Counted from the stretch's first letter, positions 22,301-35,707 are shown. The stretch: 64,000 bases of DNA from Macrostomum hystrix (GCA_950097015.1 CATNEN010000008.1:4587650-4651649); one strand, 5' to 3'. Numbers and translations are program-made. The notes: generated by a model not told the origin, from the letters alone.

Positions 22301-25300
22301 TAATGCTCAAACTGATGTTGACTTTGTAGTCTCACTGAAAATTGCCGCTCGCACTTCAGTCCCAGATTGGCGGTCAGATCAACTGTCAGTTCAGCATGGC
22401 TGGCCGGCCGCCCCAGTGCATCCCGTCCAGCGTGCAATTCCCCGCGAGCAACGGCAACCAGAACCCGCTGAGCTCTAACATCACCTGCGTAGAGACTGGC
22501 AACAGTCTCAGCTGCTCCATTAACTTGGAGGGCTTCAACTCACATCATATTGGTCTGTGGTCTTGTCGGAGCATTTCGGATGCAAGAAACGACAGCATCC
22601 TGCTGCAGTACTACGGTTGGTGCCTTTAACTGATTGGTTACTTATGCTGAACAGGACATTGTAGGACAGTATTTGGAGCTTAGGACTTTTGACCGAGAGG
22701 TCAGGAGTTCGAATTTCAGCGCATGGGGAGCTATTTGAATCCTTAGCTCACTGAATAAGGGACAACTAAAATAGTACGACGCGATACTTAAAATCTTAAG
22801 ATAATTTAGTAACAGTAGAAAGCCCACATTTTTTTCATTATTCTTTATCTCGCAAAATATTCTGCCGATCGCCATAGAACCACAAAACATGGGCATCCTC
22901 GAGATATTCAAAGATTCTCGTCGAAGTGTCTGCAGTGGCTAAAACCACTGACGTCGGACGGCTTTGAAAATTAGTTCATCGTAAATGGCGGAAAATTTGA
23001 ATCCGTATTTTGACTTTTTATTTGAAATTTCCCTAGGGGAAAATTAGCGTGGTCGTTCTACTGTTAAAGGCCGCCTTTCGAAATGGTTTTACTTATTAAC
23101 GTATGTACGTATAGAAAGACACTTTTCTCGCTGGGACCTTCAGAGTTGATAGACTAGACAGACTTAATGCAACATGCGTACCGAGTTAGACTAACGATTT
23201 GAAAATATCCGAGCGATGTTACCATTGTTGGAATACACACAGACCGCGGAGACAAGGCAAAACAATACGAGTAACAATAGTTGCAGGAGGGCTGCAGGCA
23301 ATGGCACATCATTTGGTGACACTAGACCCGCAGCCAGCGAGGAGGCAATTCTGCCCATTTCGCTGACTCCTGAGCACACACGCACACAGATGCCGTATGC
23401 AGACACACGCTGACACAGGTGTGTACATCTGCCCTGCCTTTCCCATTGTAATGGGCGTAAATGGCACGACATGCTCCCAAGCCTTCTCTCCGCGGCTGCG
23501 ACCCAACAATGGGACCTCGATGCAGAATCTAGCTCAGGGACATTGGCGCGTGAGGCAATACCAAGCGATAAGCGCTCTGTCACTCGCCCCCTGAGAAAGA
23601 AGGCTTGGAAGCTTGTCGAGAAATTTACACCCTCAAAGACCGAGAGTGTACACTGTCTGAGGATGAGAAAGTCAGGGCAGATGTTCACACCTGTGAGTGT
23701 GTTGGCTGCTGTACATATCTGGCTTAACTCGGTCAGGTGAAATTTCTATGTACTTCTATGAAGCCGGAATGCCCGAATTGCAGACTTGCTGACCGAGGCG
23801 CATCTCGAGCTGGCCAGCTGGGACCCGATCGAGCCCACGAATGAGACAGGCTCAACTGACAACTCAACACTCGGCAACCGATTCGAATGCTTCACGACTA
23901 GGCCGGTCATTCCACCTGCTCGATTGGCTTTCTACCTGGGCGGAGTGGAGCTGACGCCTGAGCAGACCAGATACCCTGTGGAGTGGCTGGGAGACACTGA
24001 CTACTCGCAGGAGCCGAGAATGTACACGCTGAACGCTACCATGACTGCACTGATTTCACCAACAGGATATCTGAGCCGTGAGCAGCCATTTCTCTGCAAT
24101 TTTTGCTTAAGGGTAGAATTGCGGCAATTTAATTTATTCCTCTTAAAGGAAATCTGTCGCTGAGCCTGAGTTTGATTCCGCGGCGAGGCCACATTCATTT
24201 GTCGTGCAATTTGCGCTCTTGAGGGCCAACCTCCAAAGCACAGTGAGAGTGTACACTGCCTGATGACGAGAAAGTCAGTGCAGATGTACACACCTGTGTC
24301 AGCGTGTGTCTGCATACGGTATCTGTGTGCGTGTGTGCTCAGGAGTCAGCGAAATGGGCAGAATTGCCTCCTCGCTGGCTGCGGGTCTCGTGTCACTAAA
24401 TGATGTGCCATTGCCCGCAGCCCTCCTGCAGTTATTCTTTTTGTTAGTTTGAGCTTTTAGGATGTTTTTAATTTTCTTTTAAGTAAATAAGTAATCTAAG
24501 TAAATTAAGTAATCTAAGTAAATTAAGTAATTAAGTAAATTAAGTAAATTAATTTCTACATTTTTGTCCGAATCCTCCGGCAGTGAACCAGCAGAAGCTG
24601 TTCAGCAATCGAGTCCTGCGCATGCGACTCAGGCGCAGCTACAACAGCCTGCTGCTGGAGTGCCGGGCTACTCAGGAACTCATCGTGTCCTCCGTGGCTT
24701 CGGTCAGGAGTATCATGCTTCACCTGGGTATGCACTTGCGAAGGCCTACAGTAGAAAGTCCACGAGGCTGTTTCAAATAATGAAAATGAAAATCCTGAAC
24801 ACAGACTAAAGTTTTCCGCTCTATCCGATGAAACATCGTCATCGTCGGGATATTCAACGATTCTCGTCGGGGTGTCTGGTGGCAAAAACCACTAATGAAG
24901 TCATAATTTTTCTGCTCGCAAAATTTCATCATGTAACCATGTCGGCTATCAAAGTTTCAAGTCAGGAGTGAAACGCGAATAACCACCTAATTTACATGAA
25001 ACTGTAGCTTTTTTGATGTTTTCGATGTTTTCAATTAAAAGTTGTTTTATTAGGATAGAGCAGAAAATTTCAGCTACTGCTCAGCATTTTCATGTCGATT
25101 GGTTGGAAAAATGTAAATGTCCCTCGTGGTCTCTCTCTCTCTCTCGGTTAACTTATGTCAACCGATGAAACTTTTCGGTTTTCCCTGAAAAAATCCACCG
25201 CCATTCCAGACCCGAAGGGAAGCAACTCAAATTCGAGTCCTCGCGGCAACAAAGGATGCAGTCTTCCATGGCTCCTGGGTCTTTTCGCGACAATTTTGGC

Positions 25301-25322
25301 TGCAAAAGTGCGCTTAATTTAG
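16375..25322 (+). CDS. Secreted, putatively GPI-anchored immunoglobulin-superfamily protein, ~653 aa, 10 exons: 16375-16483, 18308-18480, 19177-19429, 19717-20004, 20698-20862, 22106-22272, 22360-22615, 23784-24077, 24584-24727, 25210-25322
   Basis: All nine introns are GT-AG and phase-consistent; total 1962 nt = 654 codons. Signal-peptide-like LVVIILLQLFIVFTGAHG. Paired paralogous exons (WQFAC/WKFAC; HIGKWSC/HIGLWSC; FECF..VIPPARL.FYLG; L.C.ATQ). C-terminal polar linker then hydrophobic LPWLLGLFATILAA before the stop. Ig fold and GPI anchor are inferred from motif patterns. Confidence 0.8.
16635..18205. repeat. 16-17-bp minisatellite (GACTCAAAGAAGGATA)n in Ig-gene intron 1
   Basis: Tandem periodicity. 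Confidence 0.96.
18620..19054. repeat. 20-bp minisatellite (GTCTAACAGGTAGCACTAGA grading to GTCTAACAGGTAGCATCCAA)
   Basis: Tandem periodicity with a polar change of variant. Confidence 0.96.
19470..19640. repeat. 15-bp tandem repeat (AAAAACTTCAGGTTG)n
   Basis: About 11 copies; explains the NFRLK repeat in ORF 19253..19672. Confidence 0.95.
20024..20660. repeat. 19-bp minisatellite (TATCTAACRTGATCCTRAG)n
   Basis: Tandem periodicity. Confidence 0.95.
21476..21995. repeat. 36-bp minisatellite (GTGATTAGACGTTGTGAAGTCTCTAATCTCAGCAGT)n, ~14 copies
   Basis: Tandem periodicity; explains ORF 21515..22012. Confidence 0.95.
23282..24430. repeat. ~150-bp inverted repeat pair (23282-23431 and 24280-24430) flanking Ig-gene exon 8, plus an internal ~30-bp inverted repeat (about 23411-23441 / 23669-23698)
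   Basis: 24280-24430 is the near-exact reverse complement of 23282-23431; 23630-23700 is a diverged direct copy of 24230-24300. Confidence 0.88.
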
Positions 25323-25584
25323 GCTCGTAGCAGTTTGCTCACGAAACAATTTCATATAATATTCACTTTCTTACGAGTTTAGAAGTGCTTATGTAATATC
25401 TTACGCTACTTAGCATGCATGTACTAACGTGGAGGGACTCTTTTGTCGCTAGCCTAACAGAACGTCGAGATATTCAACGATTCTTAATGAAGGTCCCACT
25501 TTTTCCTTAAGCGCTATTAATAGCAACAGCAATAAGTAGAACTAACAACTAGCCCAGTTGGGTCAGATGGCAAAGCCGAAGCTG

Positions 25585-25692
25585 TGTACAGCGGTTCAGT
25601 CCGTGGACTTGGGAGTTAAGGCTGGGTAAACTGAGATTCGAACTCCCGACCTGTGGTTCAGAAGTCCGAAGTTCTATCCACTAGGCTACAAG
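25585..25692 (-). mobile_element. tRNA-derived SINE-like head (A-box TAGCCTAGTGG, B-box GAGTTCGAATC)
   Basis: Reverse complement reads gtagcctagtggatagaacttcggacttctgaaccacaggtcgggagttcgaatctcag. Related B-box segments occur at ~22683-22720 (+), ~51565-51587 (+) and ~63295-63390 (-). Confidence 0.55.
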
Positions 25693-26349
25693 CAAGATCC
25701 CCGGGACTTTGGAAAGATATTTCGGTAGTGTTAGTATAGGCTTGATGAGCGATTGGATTTAACAGTGCTGTCATTAACTGTAAACAATTAGGTGTAAAAG
25801 CTGGTTTAGTTAAGTAAGATTTTTGGATTTGAACTTTTATTTGAATATCCCGAACTCCTTTGTTTGACGCAGGCGCCGACAATAGGAGCAACAATGTTAA
25901 TAACTCGTATTAGCAGTTACACATAGTAGAAATTCTATGTGAAGTTTTCTTTATATTCTTATTTACTCGAGCTGCTTAGCTGATTCCTCTGTTCATGTTT
26001 ATAACATTACAGTAACTAATTCGTATGTTCCGGTACAATGAACAAGTTTCCTTCAATTATCTGTTATTTCTTATTCAAACTCACTATATTTATTCCCAAA
26101 GAGTAATACAAGCAACCCGAACTAAAGTCATAAAAAACAGCTTACGTCCTACAACAAATAAAATGCTCCACTCGTTTTGAATGTCCTTTTCATTGAATAA
26201 AATAATTGCACCTTTTGTCATCGAAGCAACGAAAGTATATTGTTTCAACACAGTAGCTGTGAACTCCGCTTGTGAATTGGTAGCAAGTTCATGTGTTTAT
26301 TTAGGCCCCAATTTTGGGGGTATTTTAAGTGCACAATCTCAAAATGTTC

Positions 26350-29300
26350 TTTGGGAGGTGGTCAACACATACATTACAACATGGTAGATCGGCAATATTG
26401 AAGCCAATGAGCCACAAACAAATATAAAAGAACCAAATGTCACAGAATGGCCATAAGGAGGTGGTGGACAAACTCATAAAAACAACAAAGCCAGATTGTC
26501 ACAGAATGGCCATAAGGAGGTGGTGGACAAACTCATAAAAACAACAAAGCCAGATTGTCACAGAATGGCCATAAGGAGGTGGTGGACAAACTCATAAAAA
26601 CAACAAAGCCAGATTGTCACAGAATGGCCATAAGGAGGTGGTGGACAAACTCATAAAAACACCAAAGCCAGATTGTCACAGAATGGCCATAAGGAGGTCG
26701 TCCACAAACTCATAAAAACACCAAAGCCAGATTGTCACAGAATGGCCATAAGGAGGTCGTCGACAAACTCATAAAAACACCAAAGCCAGATTGTCACAGA
26801 ATGGCCATAAGGAGGTCGTCCACAAACTCATAAAAACACCAAATCCAGATTGTCACAGAATGGCCATAAGGACGTCGTCGACAAACTCATAAAAACAACA
26901 AAGCCAGATTGTCACAGAATGGCCATAAGGACGTCGTCCACAAACTCATAAAAACACCAAAGCCAGATTGTCACAGAATGGCCATAAGGACGTCGTCCAC
27001 AAACTCATAAAAACACTAAAGCCAACATGATTAAAAGGCAATATTGAAGCCATTGACCTACAAACAAATATAAAAGTACATAATGTCCCAAAATGGCCAT
27101 AAGGACGTCGTCGACACAACCATCAAGACACGAAGCATTATATACTGACGTCAGGTCGATCAGCAAAGCAAGAGCTGACGTAAATCTTCAAAGAAATACT
27201 GGAAAGCCTTTGTTGCAGAATTGACAAAAGACTATTTTGAACAGAAATATCTATATTAAAAAATTGCAACGAAAATATTTTAGGACGAATGATTACGTTT
27301 CGAGCGGATGTTAAACTTCCATCATGCAACAGAGAGGTGGGGAATATTTCATTTTGCGATGTTACACATGGCTGCCACAATTATAAAACATCTATCAATA
27401 TTATTTACGAATGAATCATTTTTCCAAAACCGATCATAGTGAAACTGGTCAAAACTGATATGGAGACAGAGTTATCAATGACACGAATTAGTTCCAGGCA
27501 TCAAAACACTATGATTGTTATGGTGGCCATATCAAACATGATAGTCCGGTAACAAGGAACTCTTTGACGCAATAACATATGTAAGAGAACCTGAATGATA
27601 CAAAATGGCCATAAGGAGGTGGTCGAGAAACTCTTATAATAAATCCAAAGCCAGATTGTCACAGAATGTCCATAAGGACGTCGTCGACAAACTCACAAAA
27701 ACAACAAAGCCAGATTGTCACAGAATGGCCATAAGGACGTCGACAAACTCATAAAAACACCAAAGCCAGAGTGTCACAGAATGGCCATAAGGACGTCGTC
27801 GACAAACTCACAAAAACACCAAAGCCAGAGTGTCACAGAATGGCCATAAGGACGTCGTCGACAAACTCACAAAAACACCAAAGCCAGATTGTCACAGAAT
27901 GGCCATAAGGACGTCGTCGACAAACTCATAAAAACACCAAAGCCAGATTGTCACAGAATGGCCATAAGGACGTCGTCGACAAACTCATAAAAACACCAAA
28001 GCCAGATTGTCACAGAATGGCTATAAGGACGTCGTCGACAAACTCATAAAAACACCAAAGCCAGATTGTCACAGAATGGCCATAAGGACGTCGTCGACAA
28101 ACTCATAAAAACACCAAAGCCAGATTGTCACAGAATGGCCATAAGGAGGTCGTCCACAAACTCATAAAAACACCAAATCCAGATTGTCACAGAATGGCTA
28201 TAAGGACGTCGTCGACAAACTCATAAAAACACCAAAGCCAGATTGTCACAGAATGGGCATAAGGACGTCGTCGACAAACTCATAAAAACACCAAAGCCAG
28301 ATTGTCACAGAATGGCCATAAGGACGTCGTCCACAAACTCATAAAAACACCAAAGCCAACATGATTAAAAGGCAATATTGAAGCCATTGACCTACAAACA
28401 AATATAAAAGTACATAATGTCCCAAAATGGCCATAAGGAGGTCGTCGACACAACCATCAGGACACGAAGCATTATATACTGACGTCAGGTCGATCAGCAA
28501 AGCAAGAGCTGACGTAAATCTTCAAAGAAATACTGGAAAGCCTTTGTTGCAGAATTGACAAAAGACTATTTTGAACAGAAATATCTATATTAAAAAATTG
28601 CAACGAAAATATTTTAGGACGAATGATTACGTTTCGAGCGGATGTTAAACTTCCATCATGCAACAGAGAGGTGGGGAATATTTCATTTTGCGATGTTACA
28701 CATGGCTGCCACAATTATAAAACATCTATCAATATTATTTACGAATGAATCATTTTTCCAAAACCGATCATAGTGAAACTGGTCAAAACTGATATGGAGA
28801 CAGAGTTATCAATGACACGAATTAGTTCCAGGCATCAAAACACTATGATTGTTATGGTGGCCATATCAAACATGATAGTCCGGTAACAAGGAACTCTTTG
28901 ACGCAATAACATATGTAAGAGAACCTGAATGATACAAAATGGCCATAAGGAGGTGGTCGAGAAACTCTTATAATAAATCCAAAGCCAGATTGTCACAGAA
29001 TGTCCATAAGGACGTCGTCGACAAACTCACAAAAACACCAAAGCCAGAGTGTCACAGAATGGCCATAAGGACGTCGTCGACAAACTCATAAAAACACCAA
29101 AGCCAGAATGTCACAGAATGGCCATAAGGGGGTGGTCGACAAACTCATAAAAACACCAAAGCCAGAGTGTCACAGAATGGCCATAAGGGGGTGGTCGACA
29201 AACTCATAAAAACACCAAAGCCAGAATGTCACAGAATGGCCATAAGGGGGTGGTCGACAAACTCATAAAAACACCAAAGCCAGATTGTCACAGAATGGCC

Positions 29301-32300
29301 ATAAGGACGTCGTCGACAAACTCATAAAAACTCCAAAGCCAGATTGTCACAGAATGGCCATAAGGACGTCGTCGACAAACTCATAAAAACACCAAAGCCA
29401 GATTGTCACAGAATGGCCATAAGGAGGTCGTCCACAAACTCATAAAAACACCAAAGCAAGATTGTCACAGAATGGCCATAAGGACGTCGTCGACAAACTC
29501 ATTAAAACACCAAAGCCAACATGATTAAAAGGCAATATTGAAGCCATTGACCTACAAACAAATATAAAAGTACATAATGTCCCAAAATGGCCATAAGGAG
29601 GTCGTCGACACAACCATCAGGACACGAAGCATTATATACTGACGTCAGGTCGATCAGCAAAGCAAGAGCTGACGTAAATCTTCAAAGAAATACTGGAAAG
29701 CCTTTGTTGCAGAATTGACAAAAGACTATTTTGAACAGAAATATCTATATTAAAAAATTGCAACGAAAATATTTTAGGACGAATGATTACGTTTCGAGCG
29801 GATGTTAAACTTCCATCATGCAACAGAGAGGTGGGGAATATTTCATTTTGCGATGTTACACATGGCTGCCACAATTATAAAACATCTATCAATATTATTT
29901 ACGAATGAATCATTTTTCCAAAACCGATCATAGTGAAACTGGTCAAAACTGATATGGAGACAGAGTTATCAATGACACGAATTAGTTCCAGGCATCAAAA
30001 CACTATGATTGTTATGGTGGCCATATCAAACATGATAGTCCGGTAACAAGGAACTCTTTGACGCAATAACATATGTAAGAGAACCTGAATGATACAAAAT
30101 GGCCATAAGGAGGTGGTCGAGAAACTCTTATAATAAATCCAAAGCCAGATTGTCACAGAATGTCCATAAGGACGTCGTCGACAAACTCACAAAAACACCA
30201 AAGCCAGAGTGTCACAGAATGGCCATAAGGACGTCGACAAACTCATAAAAACACCAAAGCCAGAGTGTCACAGAATGGCCATAAGGGCGTCGTCGACAAA
30301 CTCATAAAAACACCAAAGCCAGAATGTCACAGAATGGCCATAAGGGGGTGGTCGACAAACTCATAAAAACACCAAAGCCAGAGTGTCACAGAATGGCCAT
30401 AAGGGGGTGGTCGACAAACTCATAAAAACACCAAAGCCAGATTGTCACAGAATGGCCATAAGGACGTCGTCGACAAACTCATAAAAACACCAAAGCCAGA
30501 TTGTCACAGAATGGCCATAAGGACGTCGTCGACAAACTCATAAAAACTCCAAAGCCAGATTGTCACAGAATGGCCATAAGGACGTCGTCGACAAACTCAT
30601 AAAAACACCAAAGCCAGATTGTCACAGAATGGCCATAAGGACGTCGTCGACAAACTCATAAAAACACCAAAGCCAGATTGTCACAGAATGGGCATAAGGA
30701 CGTCGTCGACAAACTAATAAAAACACCAAAGCAAGATTGTCACAGAATGGCCATAAGGAGGTCGTCCACAAACTCATAAAAACACCAAAGCAAGATTGTC
30801 ACAGAATGGCCATAAGGAGGTCGTCCACAAACTCATAAAAACACCAAAGCAAGATTGTCACAGAATGGCCATAAGGAGTGTCGTCGACAAACTCATAAAA
30901 ACACCAAAGCCAGATTGTCACAAAATGGCCATAAGGACGTCGTCGACAAACTCATTAAAACACCAAAGCCAACATGATTAAAAGGCAATATTGAAGCCAT
31001 TGACCTACAAACAAATATAAAAGTACATAATGTCCCAAAATGGCCATAAGGAGGTCGTCGACACAACCATCAGGACACGAAGCATTATATACTGACGTCA
31101 GGTCGATCAGCAAAGCAAGAGCTGACGTAAATCTTCAAAGAAATACTGGAAAGCCTTTGTTGCAGAATTGACAAAAGACTATTTTGAACAGAAATATCTA
31201 TATTAAAAAATTGCAACGAAAATATTTTAGGACGAATGATTACGTTTCGAGCGGATGTTAAACTTCCATCATGCAACAGAGAGGTGGGGAATATTTCATT
31301 TTGCGATGTTACACATGGCTGCCACAATTATAAAACATCTATCAATATTATTTACGAATGAATCATTTTTCCAAAACCGATCATAGTGAAACTGGTCAAA
31401 ACTGATATGGAGACAGAGTTATCAATGACACGAATTAGTTCCAGGCATCAAAACACTATGATTGTTATGGTGGCCATATCAAACATGATAGTCCGGTAAC
31501 AAGGAACTCTTTGACGCAATAACATATGTAAGAGAACCTGAATGATACAAAATGGCCATAAGGAGGTGGTCGAGAAACTCTTATAATAAATCCAAAGCCA
31601 GATTGTCACAGAATGTCCATAAGGACGTCGTCGACAAACTCACAAAAACACCAAAGCCAGAGTGTCACAGAATGGCCATAAGGACGTCGTCGACAAACTC
31701 ATAAAAACACCAAAGCCAGAATGTCACAGAATGGCCATAAGGGGGTGGTCGACAAACTCATAAAAACACCAAAGCCAGAGTGTCACAGAATGGCCATAAG
31801 GGGGTGGTCGACAAACTCATAAAAACACCAAAGCCAGAATGTCACAGAATGGCCATAAGGGGGTGGTCGACAAACTCATAAAAACACCAAAGCCAGATTG
31901 TCACAGAATGGCCATAAGGACGTCGTCGACAAACTCATAAAAACTCCAAAGCCAGATTGTCACAGAATGGCCATAAGGACGTCGTCGACAAACTCATAAA
32001 AACACCAAAGCCAGATTGTCACAGAATGGCCATAAGGAGGTCGTCCACAAACTCATAAAAACACCAAAGCAAGATTGTCACAGAATGGCCATAAGGACGT
32101 CGTCGACAAACTCATTAAAACACCAAAGCCAACATGATTAAAAGGCAATATTGAAGCCATTGACCTACAAACAAATATAAAAGTACATAATGTCCCAAAA
32201 TGGCCATAAGGAGGTCGTCGACACAACCATCAGGACACGAAGCATTATATACTGACGTCAGGTCGATCAGCAAAGCAAGAGCTGACGTAAATCTTCAAAG

Positions 32301-34160
32301 AAATACTGGAAAGCCTTTGTTGCAGAATTGACAAAAGACTATTTTGAACAGAAATATCTATATTAAAAATTGCAACGAAAATATTTTAGGACGAATGATT
32401 ACGTTTCGAGCGGATGTTAAACTTCCATCATGCAACAGAGAGGTGGGGAATATTTCATTTTGCGATGTTACACATGGCTGCCACAATTATAAAACATCTA
32501 TCAATATTATTTACGAATGAATCATTTTTCCAAAACCGATCATAGTGAAACTGGTCAAAACTGATATGGAGACAGAGTTATCAATGACACGAATTAGTTC
32601 CAGGCATCAAAACACTATGATTGTTATGGTGGCCATATCAAACATGATAGTCCGGTAACAAGGAACTCTTTGACGCAATAACATATGTAAGAGAACCTGA
32701 ATGATACAAAATGGCCATAAGGAGGTGGTCGAGAAACTCTTATAATAAATCCAAAGCCAGATTGTCACAGAATGTCCATAAGGACGTCGTCGACAAACTC
32801 ACAAAAACACCAAAGCCAGAGTGTCACAGAATGGCCATAAGGACGTCGACAAACTCATAAAAACACCAAAGCCAGAGTGTCACAGAATGGCCATAAGGGC
32901 GTCGTCGACAAACTCATAAAAACACCAAAGCCAGAATGTCACAGAATGGCCATAAGGGGGTGGTCGACAAACTCATAAAAACACCAAAGCCAGAGTGTCA
33001 CAGAATGGCCATAAGGGGGTGGTCGACAAACTCATAAAAACACCAAAGCCAGATTGTCACAGAATGGCCATAAGGACGTCGTCGACAAACTCATAAAAAC
33101 ACCAAAGCCAGATTGTCACAGAATGGCCATAAGGACGTCGTCGACAAACTCATAAAAACTCCAAAGCCAGATTGTCACAGAATGGCCATAAGGACGTCGT
33201 CGACAAACTCATAAAAACACCAAAGCCAGATTGTCACAGAATGGCCATAAGGACGTCGTCGACAAACTCATAAAAACACCAAAGCCAGATTGTCACAGAA
33301 TGGGCATAAGGACGTCGTCGACAAACTAATAAAAACACCAAAGCAAGATTGTCACAGAATGGCCATAAGGAGGTCGTCCACAAACTCATAAAAACACCAA
33401 AGCAAGATTGTCACAGAATGGCCATAAGGAGGTCGTCCACAAACTCATAAAAACACCAAAGCAAGATTGTCACAGAATGGCCATAAGGAGTGTCGTCGAC
33501 AAACTCATAAAAACACCAAAGCCAGATTGTCACAAAATGGCCATAAGGACGTCGTCGACAAACTCATTAAAACACCAAAGCCAACATGATTAAAAGGCAA
33601 TATTGAAGCCATTGACCTACAAACAAATATAAAAGTACATAATGTCCCAAAATGGCCATAAGGAGGTCGTCGACACAACCATCAGGACACGAAGCATTAT
33701 ATACTGACGTCAGGTCGATCAGCAAAGCAAGAGCTGACGTAAATCTTCAAAGAAATACTGGAAAGCCTTTGTTGCAGAATTGACAAAAAACTTTTCTTAA
33801 CAGAAACATTAATATAAAAATTTCTGCAAAAATGGGACGAATGATTACGTCTCGAGCCGATGTTAAACTTCCACGGCAACAGGGAGGTGGTGAATATTTC
33901 ACTTTGCGATTTTACACATCAGGTCAATTAGAAAAGCAAGAGCAGACGTAAATCTTTAAAAAATACTGGCAAGTTTCCAAAAAACTATAACAATTGTGAG
34001 CCTATGTTGCACACATGACAAAAATGAACTGATTTGAACAGAAACATCCCAATAAAATGGGAACAAAGTCTTGTGATAAATTGATTACGCCTCTAGCCGA
34101 TGTGAAATTTCTTTGGCAACAGACAGGTGGGGAATATCTTCGATTTTACACACGCCCGCT
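26350..34160. repeat. Composite satellite: six arrays of a 59-bp monomer separated by a ~570-bp repeated spacer; the last four units form a ~2.61-kb higher-order duplication
   Basis: Monomer GTCACAGAATGGCCATAAGGACGTCGTCGACAAACTCATAAAAACACCAAAGCCAGATT. Spacer copies at offsets 1334, 1160, 1453, 1160 and 1452 bp; diagnostic variants recur 2612-2613 bp apart. Confidence 0.95.
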
Positions 34161-35707
34161 ACAATCAAAAAAGTTATTGTTTATGAAATAAAAGTAATAG
34201 AAAGTATAAAATAAAACTAACTGGAAAAAAGTTTCATTAACTAAAATTGTTTTGTTTATTATATTGATGCACTCGTTTAAGTCGTTTATTCAGTAATTAG
34301 ATTTTAACGGCAGGCTTTGGTGTGTGCTCACGCCGGTCTGGTTGTTTGTGGGGCGGTGGCGTGTGTGCGTGCTTTGTGGTGGCTGTGTGCCTGCTTACTC
34401 ATTTTTTTTGTCTGTGTTGTTTGTTCGCTGTCCTCTTATCATTATTCTTCGCTCAATAATGTCGCCGTTTTTCGTATATTGCAAGCGATATTAATTGAAT
34501 TCGATGCTAATGCTGTATGGAAGATTGACGTCTAGTCCGAGGTTTTTGTGTTCCGCCTCATCCTTTCCGCCAAGAAGTTTTGCACAACAGAGGTTTAGCT
34601 TAATCGTTGGAGCACAGGCGAATGCACAAGTGGCAAGCTTGTGAAGCGGATGACAGTTACACAATCCACAAACAAATCTTGGCTTAGATCGGTGTCCTGC
34701 AATGGTAAGAATTGTGTACGTGACACTGATGGTTTCAAATTTCTTTATACAAATTGCAGCAAAGGTTTAAGCTGAGAAAAAATGTACAAGGCTAGCTGTT
34801 AATTAGTTCAAAAACTGTTATATTTTGCTACTTTTATTGCAACAAAGACAGGCATAGTTTAAAACACTAGCGAAGGCAAGACAAAATAAGATGAGCTGAG
34901 TATTTCGTAATCATATGCTTTACTAAAAGATTATTGACGGATTTTCTGAGAGATAAAGATCCTACACACACTGTCCGGGATTGCAGGAGTCAACAGTTAA
35001 ACAGAGAGAGAGTAAAAGCTGAGCCGTTTGCATTGCGCAAATAGTCTTTGAATGCTGTATAGCAACTTTGGCAGCAAAGTTTTTAATTTTGATTGTTTAA
35101 TTAGTTATATTTAATCATTACTAAAGCGTAAGGGCGCAGTGCAGTTTGCATGTGCCATCCAAAGCGAGTCGCACGCCCTGATAAACAGCGAATTTGTATA
35201 ATCATTTATCTGAAAGATTCACACGAGCGCATGGCTGTGATGCTAGAAAATTTGCCTGTCCAACACAGGTGCTTTTTCATGTGATGATATCATATTAAAT
35301 AGCATACGGGGCGTTAAAGGAAATGCAGATAATAATGCTTTCAATATACACACGTACGCGCACTTCACCAAAGAATTGAAAAAAATCTATCAGGTCTAAG
35401 TTGCAAACAAGGAAACCGGAATACACGGACTGGGGGCAGGGAAATTTTCAAGACAAAACAGCGCTGCGTTTTTCTAAATGACCACAGAGCTTTTTTAACG
35501 TTTTAATTAGCGAATTGATAATAGCTGAGCAGAAGCAAACTTTTTTTCTGGTGGGAAAAAAAACTGTTTTACTTGTGGCGCAACATCAAACAAAAGATTC
35601 TAGGACAGTTTTTTTAAGTTACAAATCATCTTAAAAGAAATTTATAAGAAAGTAAAGACTGAAACGGAAAGATGAGAAGAGGGAAATGACAATAACTAGA
35701 CTAAAAA

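Noticed and set aside
25625-25692. Possible tRNA gene
   Set aside because: A and B boxes are present, but the acceptor and anticodon stems do not pair convincingly; treated as SINE-like.
26350-34160. CRISPR-like appearance and the repeated 80-aa ORF MWQPCVTSQNEIF...
   Set aside because: No unique spacers (spacers are near-identical copies), eukaryotic context and no cas genes. The ORF has no recognisable domain and is broken in two copies.
34595-34710. Possible small exon (NRWSTGECTSGKLVKR...SCN followed by GTAAG)
   Set aside because: The donor is good, but the acceptor is weak and no partner exon could be linked.
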